From a virus, in the IMG/VR virus record IMGVR_UViG_3300020442_000009, positions 1 through 64,000 of that record: a stretch of 64,000 nt of DNA. The stretch is one strand, 5' to 3'. The translations under genes were made by a program, and so were the position numbers. Under the pieces are notes generated by a model that did no database searches, was not told where the DNA came from, and saw only the letters and a list, made by a program, of their open reading frames with translations. This document shows, piece after piece, positions 39,014 to 48,721 of the stretch. Each line of letters starts with the position of its first letter. Within the stretch, counting starts at the first letter, position 1.

Positions 39014-41402
39014 ATACTATATTACAGTAAAATTCACCATCTTTAAAGTTTAAAGAAATTTTTTCCGGATTTTTTTCTAAATTAATTAATTTTTTTGCAA
39101 TGCAAGTTTCAATTTTATTTTGCATAATTCTTCTAACTGGTCTTGCTCCCATGTTGTCGGACAGTGTTTGCTTTAAAATTTCCTCTCTAGCTTTTTTAGA
39201 TAAAATACATTTAATATTTTTATTTTTTAATTTTAATTTTACCTTATTAAATTCTAAAGTTATAATAGATTTTATCTGTTCTTTATTTAAGTCATTAAAT
39301 ATTACAATGTCATCTAGTCTATTTATAAGTTCAGGACTAAAGACTTTTTTAGCTTCATCTAAAACTCTTGAGTTTTGATTTGAAGAAGATGGGTTAAAAC
39401 CAACTGAATCTGACTTATCTACAACAAAAGCTCCAACATTACTAGTTAATATAATGACTGAATGCTTGCATGATACTTCTTCTCCAGAATTATCCGTAAT
39501 TCTACCTTCTTCTAATATCTGCAGTAAAGACTGCATAACTGTTGGGTGAGCCTTCTCAATTTCATCAAAAAGTAAAACTGAGTACGGGTTACGTTTTAAT
39601 TTTTCAGTTAAACCTCCTCCTTCTTCATAACCTACATAACCGGGAGATGATCCAATTAATTTAGAGGTTGATACGGATTCTGAAAATTCACTCATGTCAA
39701 AATAAATTAAATTTTTAGATCCTCCAAAATAATTTTTAGCTAAAGATTTTGCAGTAAGAGTTTTCCCTAAGCCAGTTTTACCCAAGAATAAAAAACTTGC
39801 AGTTGGTCTATTTTCATCCTTTAATCCTATTTGATGTCTGCAAAGTGAATCATATATTTTTGATATTACATTCGATTGGCCGATTATTTCTTTAGACATT
39901 AGCAAGTTTATTTTTGAAAGTCTTGAAGAGTTGCTTTCATTTAAAACTTCAATAGGTATTGAAAATCTCTCCGAAATAATTTCTTTAATGTGAATAGGTA
40001 AAACGACTGGTGGGGATTTTAATGATTTTGAACCCCACACCCTCATTTGTTTTTGATATTTTGTAAAAACTGTTTTTTTTGTATCATCGTCAACTTCTGG
40101 ATCTACAATAATTTTCTCCAAAGCTTTTATGGAATTTGGTTTTTTGTAACCTTTTATTTTTAATCTAGCTCCAGCTTGATCAATCAAATCGATTGCTTTA
40201 TCAGGTAAAGCCCTATCCTTAATGTATCTGTTTGACAGGAAAATAGCCTCTTCTAGGGATGATTCGTCATACTTTACACTATGAAAACTACTATAACTTT
40301 CCGCTAAAGTATTTAAAATATTTAAACATTCTTTAGGGCTAGGCTCACTTACCCTGACGATTGCAAATCTTCTTTTGAGAGCAGAGTCTTTTTCTATACT
40401 TTTTTTGTATTCCTTATTTGTTGTTGCTCCTATGCAAGTAATTTCTCCTCTAGCAAGATAAGGTTTTAAAATATTAGCAGCATCTAAAGTACCTTCTGCA
40501 TTTCCAGCACCAATTAGAGTGTGAATTTCATCTATAAATAGAATTATATTTTTATCTTTTTTAATATATTCTATAAAAGATTTTAAACGTTCTTCAAATT
40601 GCCCACGGTATTTAGTTCCAGCAACCATGCTAAACAAATCAAGAGATATGACTTGTTTGTTAATTAAATAATCATTGCTGTCGAAATTGGATATTTTTTT
40701 TGCTAAATGCTCAACAAGGGCTGTTTTGCCAACCCCTGCTTCACCAACAAGCATGACGCTTGATTTTGTTTTTCTACATAGAGCTTCTGATATTTGAGAA
40801 TAATAGCCATCATGACAGGATATATAGTCATATTTTCCAGTCGAAGCAATTTCCGTTAAATTTGTGCTATAAGATTCTATGGATTTTGGATTAGATAAAG
40901 ATGTTGGGGCAGTAAGATCATTATTGTTTGTTGACGACATTGAACTTAAGTCTAAATCTAGATTATCGAAATCTATAATTTTTTCTAAATATTTTTTTAA
41001 ATCTTCAACATCTATATCTATAACCAAAAAGAACTCAGGCACTACTGAATTTTCTGCAACTATTAAACTGTATAATATATGCTCTACTGAAACAAAACTG
41101 TGAGATTTTTCGTTCGATAATTGTAAAGCAAAATCTAAGCAGTTTTTGTATTCTTTAGAAAATTTCATCTCGCTTGGTTCATTTATGGTTGGAGTTGTTC
41201 TAATTGTATCTTCAACTAAATCAACCAAGGCTTGCCAATCTATAGAGTACCTTGAAATAAGAAAAGGTAGGATTAATGAATCACTTTTTAATATTGCAAG
41301 AAATAAATGATCTAATCTAATTCTTGAATGAGAAAATTTTTCAGCTAACTTTTTTGAAGTAGCTATTATCTCTTGTGTTCTTGGAGTAAAATTTGGTATC
41401 AT
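38997..41402 (-). CDS. clpC: ATP-dependent Clp protease ATPase subunit (ClpC/ClpA type)
   Basis: Clp-N repeats, GEAGVGKT, AGTKYRGQFEER, FIDEIH, LPDKAIDLID, GKTGLGKT, DEIEKAHP, VGF ClpP-docking loop. Confidence 0.93.
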   Translation of the reverse strand: MIPNFTPRTQEIIATSKKLAEKFSHSRIRLDHLFLAILKSDSLILPFLISRYSIDWQALVDLVEDTIRTTPTINEPSEMKFSKEYKNCLDFALQLSNEKSHSFVSVEHILYSLIVAENSVVPEFFLVIDIDVEDLKKYLEKIIDFDNLDLDLSSMSSTNNNDLTAPTSLSNPKSIESYSTNLTEIASTGKYDYISCHDGYYSQISEALCRKTKSSVMLVGEAGVGKTALVEHLAKKISNFDSNDYLINKQVISLDLFSMVAGTKYRGQFEERLKSFIEYIKKDKNIILFIDEIHTLIGAGNAEGTLDAANILKPYLARGEITCIGATTNKEYKKSIEKDSALKRRFAIVRVSEPSPKECLNILNTLAESYSSFHSVKYDESSLEEAIFLSNRYIKDRALPDKAIDLIDQAGARLKIKGYKKPNSIKALEKIIVDPEVDDDTKKTVFTKYQKQMRVWGSKSLKSPPVVLPIHIKEIISERFSIPIEVLNESNSSRLSKINLLMSKEIIGQSNVISKIYDSLCRHQIGLKDENRPTASFLFLGKTGLGKTLTAKSLAKNYFGGSKNLIYFDMSEFSESVSTSKLIGSSPGYVGYEEGGGLTEKLKRNPYSVLLFDEIEKAHPTVMQSLLQILEEGRITDNSGEEVSCKHSVIILTSNVGAFVVDKSDSVGFNPSSSNQNSRVLDEAKKVFSPELINRLDDIVIFNDLNKEQIKSIITLEFNKVKLKLKNKNIKCILSKKAREEILKQTLSDNMGARPVRRIMQNKIETCIAKKLINLEKNPEKISLNFKDGEFYCNIVCDSLL

Positions 41403-41428
41403 ACAGGCTAGATATATAAAATTACACT

Positions 41429-43990
41429 TTATTTTATATCAGCTAACTTCATGTAAATCTTTTCATCCATTATATTCATGTCTTCTATAAATATAATGTC
41501 TTCACCTTTTCTTCCAACAACTATAAGTATATTGCCTTTTTCTGGTATTTTTCCACCAGAAGAAATATAATCTGTGCATGAAGCTTTTCTGCGGTTATCG
41601 ACTATAATTGCGGGTATAGTTCCATGTTCATCGGTTAATATAACTTTTATATATTGATTGCCATTTGCACTAGTTCTCCTAATTGAATCTTCTACAGTTC
41701 CAATAAACTTACCCCTTTGATTTAATTCCATTGAGTTAAAATATACAGAATCTCTAATTGCTCCATCTGAATCTGAGAAAACATCTTTTAGTTTTTTTGA
41801 ATAACTATAGCCTAATAAATGCTTTTCAAAAAACCAATTCGCAAAATCTTCGTAGTTTTTATTCTTATCATAAATTAATTTATACTTATCATATTTCTTT
41901 TTAAAAGTGGTAAATCTAGATTCTTTCATCAAAGGTTTATTATCATCCGCCACTAGGTTTTCTGATTTTGCTGCATGAATTGAATTTAATATATCATAAT
42001 TATATTTAGGCCCAAGAGCTATAAAATTTCTTTTTTCTCTATCTGTTAGCAAATTAAAAGCTTGAGCCTCTAGCACTAATCTAGGTCTACTTGAAGAAGA
42101 CTGCTCTTCTAGCGCTCCAGCTTGAATTAAGGCAGAAACAACCCCAATATTTAACCCAGCCTGTTTTGCAGACATAAAAATGTCATACTTTGTTACATTT
42201 TCAGTATCCCTAAATTCTTCTAGAGATTTTAGTGATTTTTCACTGACGCCCTTGATATTATTTAATCCGAATCTGATATTATCTGCATCAATTTTAAAAT
42301 CAAAATCAGATTTTACTAAATTAGGTTGAAGTAATCTTATATTAAAAAAAGCAAGTTCTCTGCTAATTTTTGAAATTTCATCTTGAGGGCTAGGTTCAAA
42401 CTGAGCCATCTTTAGTAAGCTAAGAAAGAATTGATGAGGATATTTAAATTTTAGATATGTAGTCCATGCAGCTAGAGTTGAATATGCAATAGCATGAGAT
42501 TTATTAAAAGAATAGTTTGCACTATCTTCCGCAACTCCCCAAAGTATATCTCCAACTTCTTCTGGTAAATTGTTTGATTCAATTTTTTTAGAAATTTTCT
42601 TTTTCCATTTTGGCATTTCTTTTACTTTTTTCTTGCCAACAATTCTCCTTAACTGTTCCGCTTCATCTAAAGTAAATCCGACCTTTACGGCCATTTTCAT
42701 TAATTGCTCTTGATACAACGGAATGCCCCCAGTATAGTCTAATACATCATCAAAAACTTCATGAGTGCTTTGGAAATTAGAAGTTGCTACATATTCTGCA
42801 TACTTATCTGTAAATTCTAAAGCTCCCGGTCTTGCTATTGCAACTACCGCGCTTAATTGCTCCATATTTTTAGGTTTTATTTTTTTGCAAACTCTAAAAT
42901 TAGTATCAGCTTCTATTTGAAATAAGCCATGAGGATTTTCTAAACTCTGCAAAGGCTTATACAAATCTTTTGAATCTAAATCTATATCATAGACATCAAT
43001 ACCTATACTATTGCAAACATCATATATAACACTTAATGTCCTGAGACCTAATATATCAAATTTTACCATCAACTCTGAAACCCAATGCATGTCATACCCA
43101 GAAACTATATTTCCATCAGCAGTTTTTTGAGTAGGACAAATTTCTGAAATTTTATGGTGAGAAATAGCTATACCTGAAGGATGCACTCCAGTATTTTTAT
43201 TTAAACCTTCTATTTTTTTAGCGATTTTTAAAACTCTAGAATTTTCTTCAGACCACTTTTTAAACCTTTGGCTTTCTTCTATAGAATCTTCTATTGAGGC
43301 AACTTTACCAAATTTTTTAGGGATAAAGCCACTAACATCATTAACTTCTTGCTCAGAATACTCTCCAACAATTTTGCCACACTCTTTTATGCAAAGTTTA
43401 CTAGTAAGAGTATTTAATGTTAAAATGTTTGCAGTTCTTCCGGGATGTTTATCTTCGATATACTGTATTACTTTTTGTCTATGCTCATATGCTATATCAT
43501 TATCTACATCAGCCAGTAAACTTCCATCTAAATAGGTAACTCCATCTACCTTTGTTTTCTTTGCCCGACTTTTTGATACAAACCTTTCAAAAAACAACTC
43601 ATATTTGACAGGATCGACCTTGGTAACTCCAATAAGGTATAAAACAAGGGAACCCGCAGCAGATCCACGACCCGGACCAGTGGGTATATTATTATCATGA
43701 CAATAATTAAGAATATCCCAATTAAGAAGAATGTAATCGATAAACCCAAGATCTTTAAGAATTGAAAGTTCTTCTTTTGTTCTAGCATAGTACTCTGTTT
43801 TGTTTGGTAATTCATCTATTCCTTTCTCTTTTACGCCTTGAAGACACAATTGTCTAAGAAAATTAAAATTATCAACATTAGAGTCAATGTCTAATTTTTT
43901 GTAAAACTTATCATCTATATTGATTTTTGGTAAAAGCACCCCCGGAGGTACATGGTTTTCATATTTTGTAAATTTTTTTAAAAAGCTCAT
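41429..43990 (-). CDS. dnaE: DNA polymerase III alpha catalytic subunit lacking the PHP domain
   Basis: GPGRGSAAGSLV, FERF, DVDND, HPSG, KFDILGL, YQEQLM, YSFNKSHA, C-terminal OB fold. Confidence 0.95.
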   Translation of the reverse strand: MSFLKKFTKYENHVPPGVLLPKINIDDKFYKKLDIDSNVDNFNFLRQLCLQGVKEKGIDELPNKTEYYARTKEELSILKDLGFIDYILLNWDILNYCHDNNIPTGPGRGSAAGSLVLYLIGVTKVDPVKYELFFERFVSKSRAKKTKVDGVTYLDGSLLADVDNDIAYEHRQKVIQYIEDKHPGRTANILTLNTLTSKLCIKECGKIVGEYSEQEVNDVSGFIPKKFGKVASIEDSIEESQRFKKWSEENSRVLKIAKKIEGLNKNTGVHPSGIAISHHKISEICPTQKTADGNIVSGYDMHWVSELMVKFDILGLRTLSVIYDVCNSIGIDVYDIDLDSKDLYKPLQSLENPHGLFQIEADTNFRVCKKIKPKNMEQLSAVVAIARPGALEFTDKYAEYVATSNFQSTHEVFDDVLDYTGGIPLYQEQLMKMAVKVGFTLDEAEQLRRIVGKKKVKEMPKWKKKISKKIESNNLPEEVGDILWGVAEDSANYSFNKSHAIAYSTLAAWTTYLKFKYPHQFFLSLLKMAQFEPSPQDEISKISRELAFFNIRLLQPNLVKSDFDFKIDADNIRFGLNNIKGVSEKSLKSLEEFRDTENVTKYDIFMSAKQAGLNIGVVSALIQAGALEEQSSSSRPRLVLEAQAFNLLTDREKRNFIALGPKYNYDILNSIHAAKSENLVADDNKPLMKESRFTTFKKKYDKYKLIYDKNKNYEDFANWFFEKHLLGYSYSKKLKDVFSDSDGAIRDSVYFNSMELNQRGKFIGTVEDSIRRTSANGNQYIKVILTDEHGTIPAIIVDNRRKASCTDYISSGGKIPEKGNILIVVGRKGEDIIFIEDMNIMDEKIYMKLADIK

Positions 43991-43998
43991 TTAATTAA

Positions 43999-44088
43999 TA
44001 TCGTCCACTGTTAAAAATCTTTTTGTCGAAAAAAAATTTTGATTATATCGTCCACTGTAAAAATGTTTTTTGTCGAAAAAATTTTTTA
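43999..44088. repeat. tandem 47-bp imperfect repeat upstream of dnaE
   Basis: TCGTCCACTGT at 44001 and 44048; TGTCGAAA at 44024 and 44071. Confidence 0.85.
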
Positions 44089-44089
44089 A

Positions 44090-44740
44090 TCATACATCTA
44101 ATTCCCAAATCATTTTTTTAAAAACTTCATAGTTCTGTTCAATGTCATACATTGCATCATGTAGTCTTGACTCATCAATTTTAATATCATAGTAATGGCA
44201 AAGGTCAATTAATTTTTTCTTAGATTTTTTATCCATCATATTATTTAATTTATATTGCCAGCTATAAAAACTTTCGTCTCTGCAAAATTTTATATCATTT
44301 TTTAGAGCTTTAGCAAGGCAAACTGTGTCTATTGATCTTTTAATGTAAGAATAGTCAGGTTTTTTTCCAAGGCATCTCCTGTAAATTCCATGTATGTAAA
44401 CATCAAACCCCAAAATGTTATGACCAACATTAATATATTCTTCATTGTATAAATACTTTTCAAATAGCTCTAAAGGTTTTTTTGGTTCTACTCCTAGTTT
44501 TTTATATTTTTTTTCAGTCCAGCCTGTCATTTTAGCTGCAGTACTAGACATCTTTAGGTCTTCCCAGTAAAGCCAAAAATCATGCTTCTCTACAATTTTA
44601 CCACTGTCAACAACAATGAAACCTAATTGCCAAGGTTTATTATCAATAGAACCTAAATTTAGGTTGCATGTTTCAAAGTCAAAAAATATATACTTTTGAT
44701 TTCTCTGAAACCTTAGTAAACTATCAATCTTATCAGTCAT
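44090..44740 (-). CDS. DEDDh 3'-5' exonuclease (DnaQ/epsilon-like)
   Basis: FDFET, GHNILGFD, IDT, LHDAMYD. Confidence 0.9.
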   Translation of the reverse strand: MTDKIDSLLRFQRNQKYIFFDFETCNLNLGSIDNKPWQLGFIVVDSGKIVEKHDFWLYWEDLKMSSTAAKMTGWTEKKYKKLGVEPKKPLELFEKYLYNEEYINVGHNILGFDVYIHGIYRRCLGKKPDYSYIKRSIDTVCLAKALKNDIKFCRDESFYSWQYKLNNMMDKKSKKKLIDLCHYYDIKIDESRLHDAMYDIEQNYEVFKKMIWELDV

Positions 44741-44906
44741 CTTTTTTATTAAAAGCTTTTTTAAGATCTTCTAGAAGATTTACTTTAGATCCAGCAGGTA
44801 GCTTTTGGTATTCTTTTTTTAGTCTTTTTAATATCCTCTTATGCTCTGGAACAGAGCCATCATAGCCTATAATTTTTTTAATTTCTTTTAATTTACTTTT
44901 ATTCAT
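44733..44906 (-). CDS. small basic protein (57 aa, absent from ORF track)
   Basis: Own translation MNKSKLKEIKKIIGYDGSVPEHKRILKRLKKEYQKLPAGSKVNLLEDLKKAFNKKDD; overlaps both neighbours. Confidence 0.55.
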   Translation of the reverse strand: MNKSKLKEIKKIIGYDGSVPEHKRILKRLKKEYQKLPAGSKVNLLEDLKKAFNKKDD

Positions 44907-45871
44907 ACTTCTACATATCTTACATCTTTTAATACATCTAGATTCTCTCCCCCACCGTAGGAAATAGAACTTTGTAAATCTTGTTTTATTTCTAAAAGTT
45001 TATTCTCGTAAGTCATTGAATTTGAAGCGATATGATTTAGCTTTCCCTCTACATGATTAGTATGACCCTTATTTTCTGCACTTGCAGAACCAAAATAAGC
45101 TTTATGAGAAACACCATTTATTACTGTTGGAATTGCAGGGCTGTCAGTGCAAGAGGCAAATATACCGCCAGCCATAACAAGATCAGCTCCCGCCACTATC
45201 GCTTTTGCTATATCTCCATTAGATTTTATTCCGCCATCTGCAATAATTGGAATTGGTGATGTGTCACCCTCAACAAAGTCTCCCGAATGTAAACCCGAAC
45301 ACTCTTTGATACAACTAAACATTGGTAAAGTAAAACCCGTCTTATCTTTTGTTGTGCAAGGAGAACCTTGACCTATTCCTACTTTTACTATATCAGCACC
45401 CCAGTCAGATAGGGCTCTTACTGCTTCTGCAGTAGCAACATTTCCAGCAATAATTTTAGTGTTAGGTAAATGATTTTTAATCCAACGAATCATTACCTTC
45501 ATTCGCTTGCAGTAACCGTGAGCAATATCAATAGTTAAGTAATCTACTCGATGTTCTCGTTTGCTAATTTTTTGAATTGCCATTTTATCTTTAGCCTTAA
45601 CTCCAACACTAAATGAAATGTTATTCCAATCTTGCGCATTAGCAATATCTTCTGCTATGTCACGATTAAACCTATGCATTATATAAAAGTAATTGCAATC
45701 GCTCATCCATTTAGCCAAACTCATATCAATAACAGATTTCATATTGGCAGGAATAATTGGTAGCAAAAACTTTTTTCCATATAAATTTATGGAAGTATCA
45801 CAATCAGACCTACTATGAACTTCGCTATAGTTAGGAACAAGGGAAACATCTGAATATTTTAAGTATTTCAT
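44903..45871 (-). CDS. guaC: GMP reductase
   Basis: PIIPANM, YFYIMHRF, TIDIAHG, IAGNV, KVGIGQGSPCTTK.KTGF, IIADGG, YFGSAS. Confidence 0.9.
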   Translation of the reverse strand: MKYLKYSDVSLVPNYSEVHSRSDCDTSINLYGKKFLLPIIPANMKSVIDMSLAKWMSDCNYFYIMHRFNRDIAEDIANAQDWNNISFSVGVKAKDKMAIQKISKREHRVDYLTIDIAHGYCKRMKVMIRWIKNHLPNTKIIAGNVATAEAVRALSDWGADIVKVGIGQGSPCTTKDKTGFTLPMFSCIKECSGLHSGDFVEGDTSPIPIIADGGIKSNGDIAKAIVAGADLVMAGGIFASCTDSPAIPTVINGVSHKAYFGSASAENKGHTNHVEGKLNHIASNSMTYENKLLEIKQDLQSSISYGGGENLDVLKDVRYVEV

Positions 45872-46587
45872 TTTTCTAGATAACTTTCAAAAGAAAATTC
45901 TGGACTTGCTAGATGATCAAAATTTGGAACAGATAAAGTTCGCTGTTTAAATCTCCTACTGCATATACATTTATATGTTTGAAATGCTTCGAAATCTTCT
46001 TTTGTTTCATAAAAAATAGACTTTGTTTCTTCTGTAGGATAATTATTTTTTTTGCAATATTCAAAAACCTTTTCTCTTATAATTAAATCAAAAGGTAGAT
46101 GATTATCTTCTAGGAAAAATGTTGGTTTACAAAATGAAAAGTCAGGTATGCAGCTACAGAAATGTAAAGTATTTTTAAAAATAAAAGAGTCATAGAATGG
46201 TATGGCAAGAGTTAAATCTTCTTCGCTCCACATTTTTTTTAAGCTAGGAAAATCAATTACTCCTTCATTTTCACAAAATGCTTTTGAGTATATTTGATTT
46301 ATTAAATTACAACCAGTTCCGTTTTTTGCAAAAATTAAAATCTTATGAAAACATTTTTCGTTTTCTTTTTTATCTTTGGGTATAGTACTACAAGCATTAA
46401 TTCGTAACCCAAAAACTAAATCAATGTCACTTTCTATAGAATGTTTGTTAGCTTCTAGAAAGCCAATTAATGTATCTTCAACTATTACAACTTGTTTAAG
46501 GTTATTATCATTTGCTATTTTAAAAACTTCATCAGTTTTTAGTATGCTTCTGCCTATGCTGTAATGTGTTTTAAATAGTGGAATCAT
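45868..46587 (-). CDS. stand-alone PHP domain of DNA polymerase III alpha
   Basis: KTHYSIGRSIL, VFGLRI, ILIFAKN.TG..LINQIYSKA match the DnaE N-terminus; start moved to MIPLF. Confidence 0.8.
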   Translation of the reverse strand: MIPLFKTHYSIGRSILKTDEVFKIANDNNLKQVVIVEDTLIGFLEANKHSIESDIDLVFGLRINACSTIPKDKKENEKCFHKILIFAKNGTGCNLINQIYSKAFCENEGVIDFPSLKKMWSEEDLTLAIPFYDSFIFKNTLHFCSCIPDFSFCKPTFFLEDNHLPFDLIIREKVFEYCKKNNYPTEETKSIFYETKEDFEAFQTYKCICSRRFKQRTLSVPNFDHLASPEFSFESYLEK

Positions 46588-46598
46588 ATTTAAAAACA

Positions 46599-46627
46599 AT
46601 GATACCACAAATAGGTTAAGAAGTCAA
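46599..46627 (-). promoter_or_regulatory. sigma70-type promoter
   Basis: TTGACT-17-TATCAT. Confidence 0.65.
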
Positions 46628-46628
46628 G

Positions 46629-47621
46629 CTATATTTTATACTTATCAATAAAAGATTCTGCTGGCTTTCCTTCGCCTAAGTGAAGCTCAAGCTCGTCAAT
46701 TAACTGAGTTCTGTACTGAAGTAAATCTTTGGGGACTCCGCCGTCCATCTGTTTGAAGGTTATGGATGCAGATACAACTAGCAATATAGCTAGAGGATCG
46801 AACACAAAAATTAAGATTAATATAACTATCCTGACTGCTTTAGGGGCATCAACTTCGGGACCGCCAAAATCAGAAACAATTTCTGCTATATATTTTACTG
46901 GACCAATTTCGGCTTCCAGTTTTTTGACTTCGGATTCAATTTTACTTTTGTCTAAATTTAATGAAAGCAATTCTTCTTCTAGTTTTTCTAGATTGGGGAA
47001 TATTTCTTCTTCAATTTTGACTCTGTACTTTTCAACTCTATTTTGTATGTCTCCTTTTTGAGTTGTGATAGATTGCCTTTCCTGTAATTGAGATTCAGAT
47101 AATGCTTTTAGCTTACTACTAACACTGAATCCACCCTTGTTTCTGACTTCTGAAACAGCTTCATCTAGCATTTTCAATCTATCATTTAATCTTGATAGTA
47201 AATTAAAATCCTCTTCTTTTAGTTGATTGTTATTCTTTTTTTGTTCGTTTAAAGAAAGTTTTTTAGATTCTATGGATTCAATTTTATTATTTAATAAATT
47301 TAATTGAGCGACATATTGATAAGAACCTGACTCTTGCTCGATATGGGATTGACTTAAGAAACCAAAGATACCCATGCTTGTAATACCAGATAGAATTAAG
47401 ACTGCAAAAGTTAAATAAAATTTAATTGTTTTAGCTGACTTTTTCCAATTTCTATGTAGCCACACTGCTGTAACAAGTTTGCCTACTTCTAATGCTCCAC
47501 CCATTACTACTATAGACCAAAAAGCTCCCGGAAAAATTGCCGTTAACCCAATTATACTAAAATAAGCAGCAACCGCTGCAAGCGATAATGAAGAAAATAA
47601 GATAAGGTATGCAAAAATCAT
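46629..47621 (-). CDS. multi-TM coiled-coil phage protein
   Basis: AAYFSIIGL.AIF, LEVGKLV..WLH, TSMGIFGFLS, EIGPVKYIAE, IFVFDPLA; GTGTA at 47631-47635. Confidence 0.7.
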   Translation of the reverse strand: MIFAYLILFSSLSLAAVAAYFSIIGLTAIFPGAFWSIVVMGGALEVGKLVTAVWLHRNWKKSAKTIKFYLTFAVLILSGITSMGIFGFLSQSHIEQESGSYQYVAQLNLLNNKIESIESKKLSLNEQKKNNNQLKEEDFNLLSRLNDRLKMLDEAVSEVRNKGGFSVSSKLKALSESQLQERQSITTQKGDIQNRVEKYRVKIEEEIFPNLEKLEEELLSLNLDKSKIESEVKKLEAEIGPVKYIAEIVSDFGGPEVDAPKAVRIVILILIFVFDPLAILLVVSASITFKQMDGGVPKDLLQYRTQLIDELELHLGEGKPAESFIDKYKI

Positions 47622-47636
47622 ACTTTATATTACACA

Positions 47637-48719
47637 TTAATCAAACAAATCCACATGTTCTGGGGTATTCCAATGAGGGCAGCCAGCATATTCCATATGT
47701 TTAATTTCTTGACCGTCTTTTTGAATTTTTATTAAATCTTCTTTGTCTTCTATGAATGCAGTTTTGATAATTTTATCTCCATCAAGTAATGCATAATACT
47801 CCATAGGTTTTCTATGTGGACAAATAAAAGCAACAATAGGTTCTCCATTTTTATCTAACATTGGTTGCCCTCCCCTCATTTTAAAACCATCTTTTCCGCA
47901 TGCAAGAGGCCCACCAAAAGTTCCGTCTTTAGGGTAGCCTTGATTGGCCGCAAAATTAGCAACAGCTTTTTCAGAGTCAAAATTATCGATATAAGATTGA
48001 ATTTCTGTCAATTCATATTCAAGCCCAACAAGCTCAGATTCATCTACTGGTTCCATTTTTAATACCCCATTGCCTGTGCCTCCAAACATGTCTTTCTCTA
48101 AATCAAATTTTAAAAATATAAATTCAGATTGCCTTATGGAATATTCTGGATATAAATGTCTAATGGCGAGAGAGTACATCAAGTTTTGCATGTTATCTGT
48201 GACTTCTTTACCTTTAAAGACTTGCTTGCTGCTTTTAAAATCTCTAATTAATGCGTAAGATGAATCTTTATATAAAAATAATTTATCTATAAATCCTTTT
48301 ATTCTATATGAAATGTTTTCTCCTTCGATTTCTATGTCAAAATACTTTTCAGATATACCCTCAGTTAATCCTTCTTTATCTAAACCAAAAAAATCATAAT
48401 GCAATCCATTGATTGTCATTGTGTCAATTAATTTTAAATTTTCATCGTCATCTACATTTAATTTTTTTGCATGATACAAAACTAATCTTTCAATGGCTTT
48501 ACATGCAAAAATAGATCCACTGTTAATTAAGGTTTCGTAGTTTTTTCTATGCCTATCTTCCCCAAGAAGCTCAAAGATTAAGTGACATATCCAACCTCGA
48601 CTAGCACCTTCGTTAGATTTGTCGGGCAGTTTTAGTTTGTAGTTACACCAGTACTTCCACGAGCATTGCTGTAATGTTTTAATTCTACTCGCTGAAAGAG
48701 CTGATTCATGTTTTTTCAT
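47637..48719 (-). CDS. PD-(D/E)XK RecB-like exonuclease
   Basis: LSASRIKT..QC..KY, KGFIDKL, IRDFKSSK, Q..MY; Cys residues at both ends. Confidence 0.85.
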   Translation of the reverse strand: MKKHESALSASRIKTLQQCSWKYWCNYKLKLPDKSNEGASRGWICHLIFELLGEDRHRKNYETLINSGSIFACKAIERLVLYHAKKLNVDDDENLKLIDTMTINGLHYDFFGLDKEGLTEGISEKYFDIEIEGENISYRIKGFIDKLFLYKDSSYALIRDFKSSKQVFKGKEVTDNMQNLMYSLAIRHLYPEYSIRQSEFIFLKFDLEKDMFGGTGNGVLKMEPVDESELVGLEYELTEIQSYIDNFDSEKAVANFAANQGYPKDGTFGGPLACGKDGFKMRGGQPMLDKNGEPIVAFICPHRKPMEYYALLDGDKIIKTAFIEDKEDLIKIQKDGQEIKHMEYAGCPHWNTPEHVDLFD

Positions 48720-48721
48720 AA

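Noticed and set aside
43999-44088. Tandem repeat as a mini-CRISPR array
   Set aside because: Only two adjacent units, no unique spacers and no cas genes; treated as a regulatory repeat.
47637-48719. Cas4 call for the PD-(D/E)XK nuclease
   Set aside because: It lies in the primase/helicase operon with no CRISPR context; a RecB-like phage exonuclease is the simpler call.
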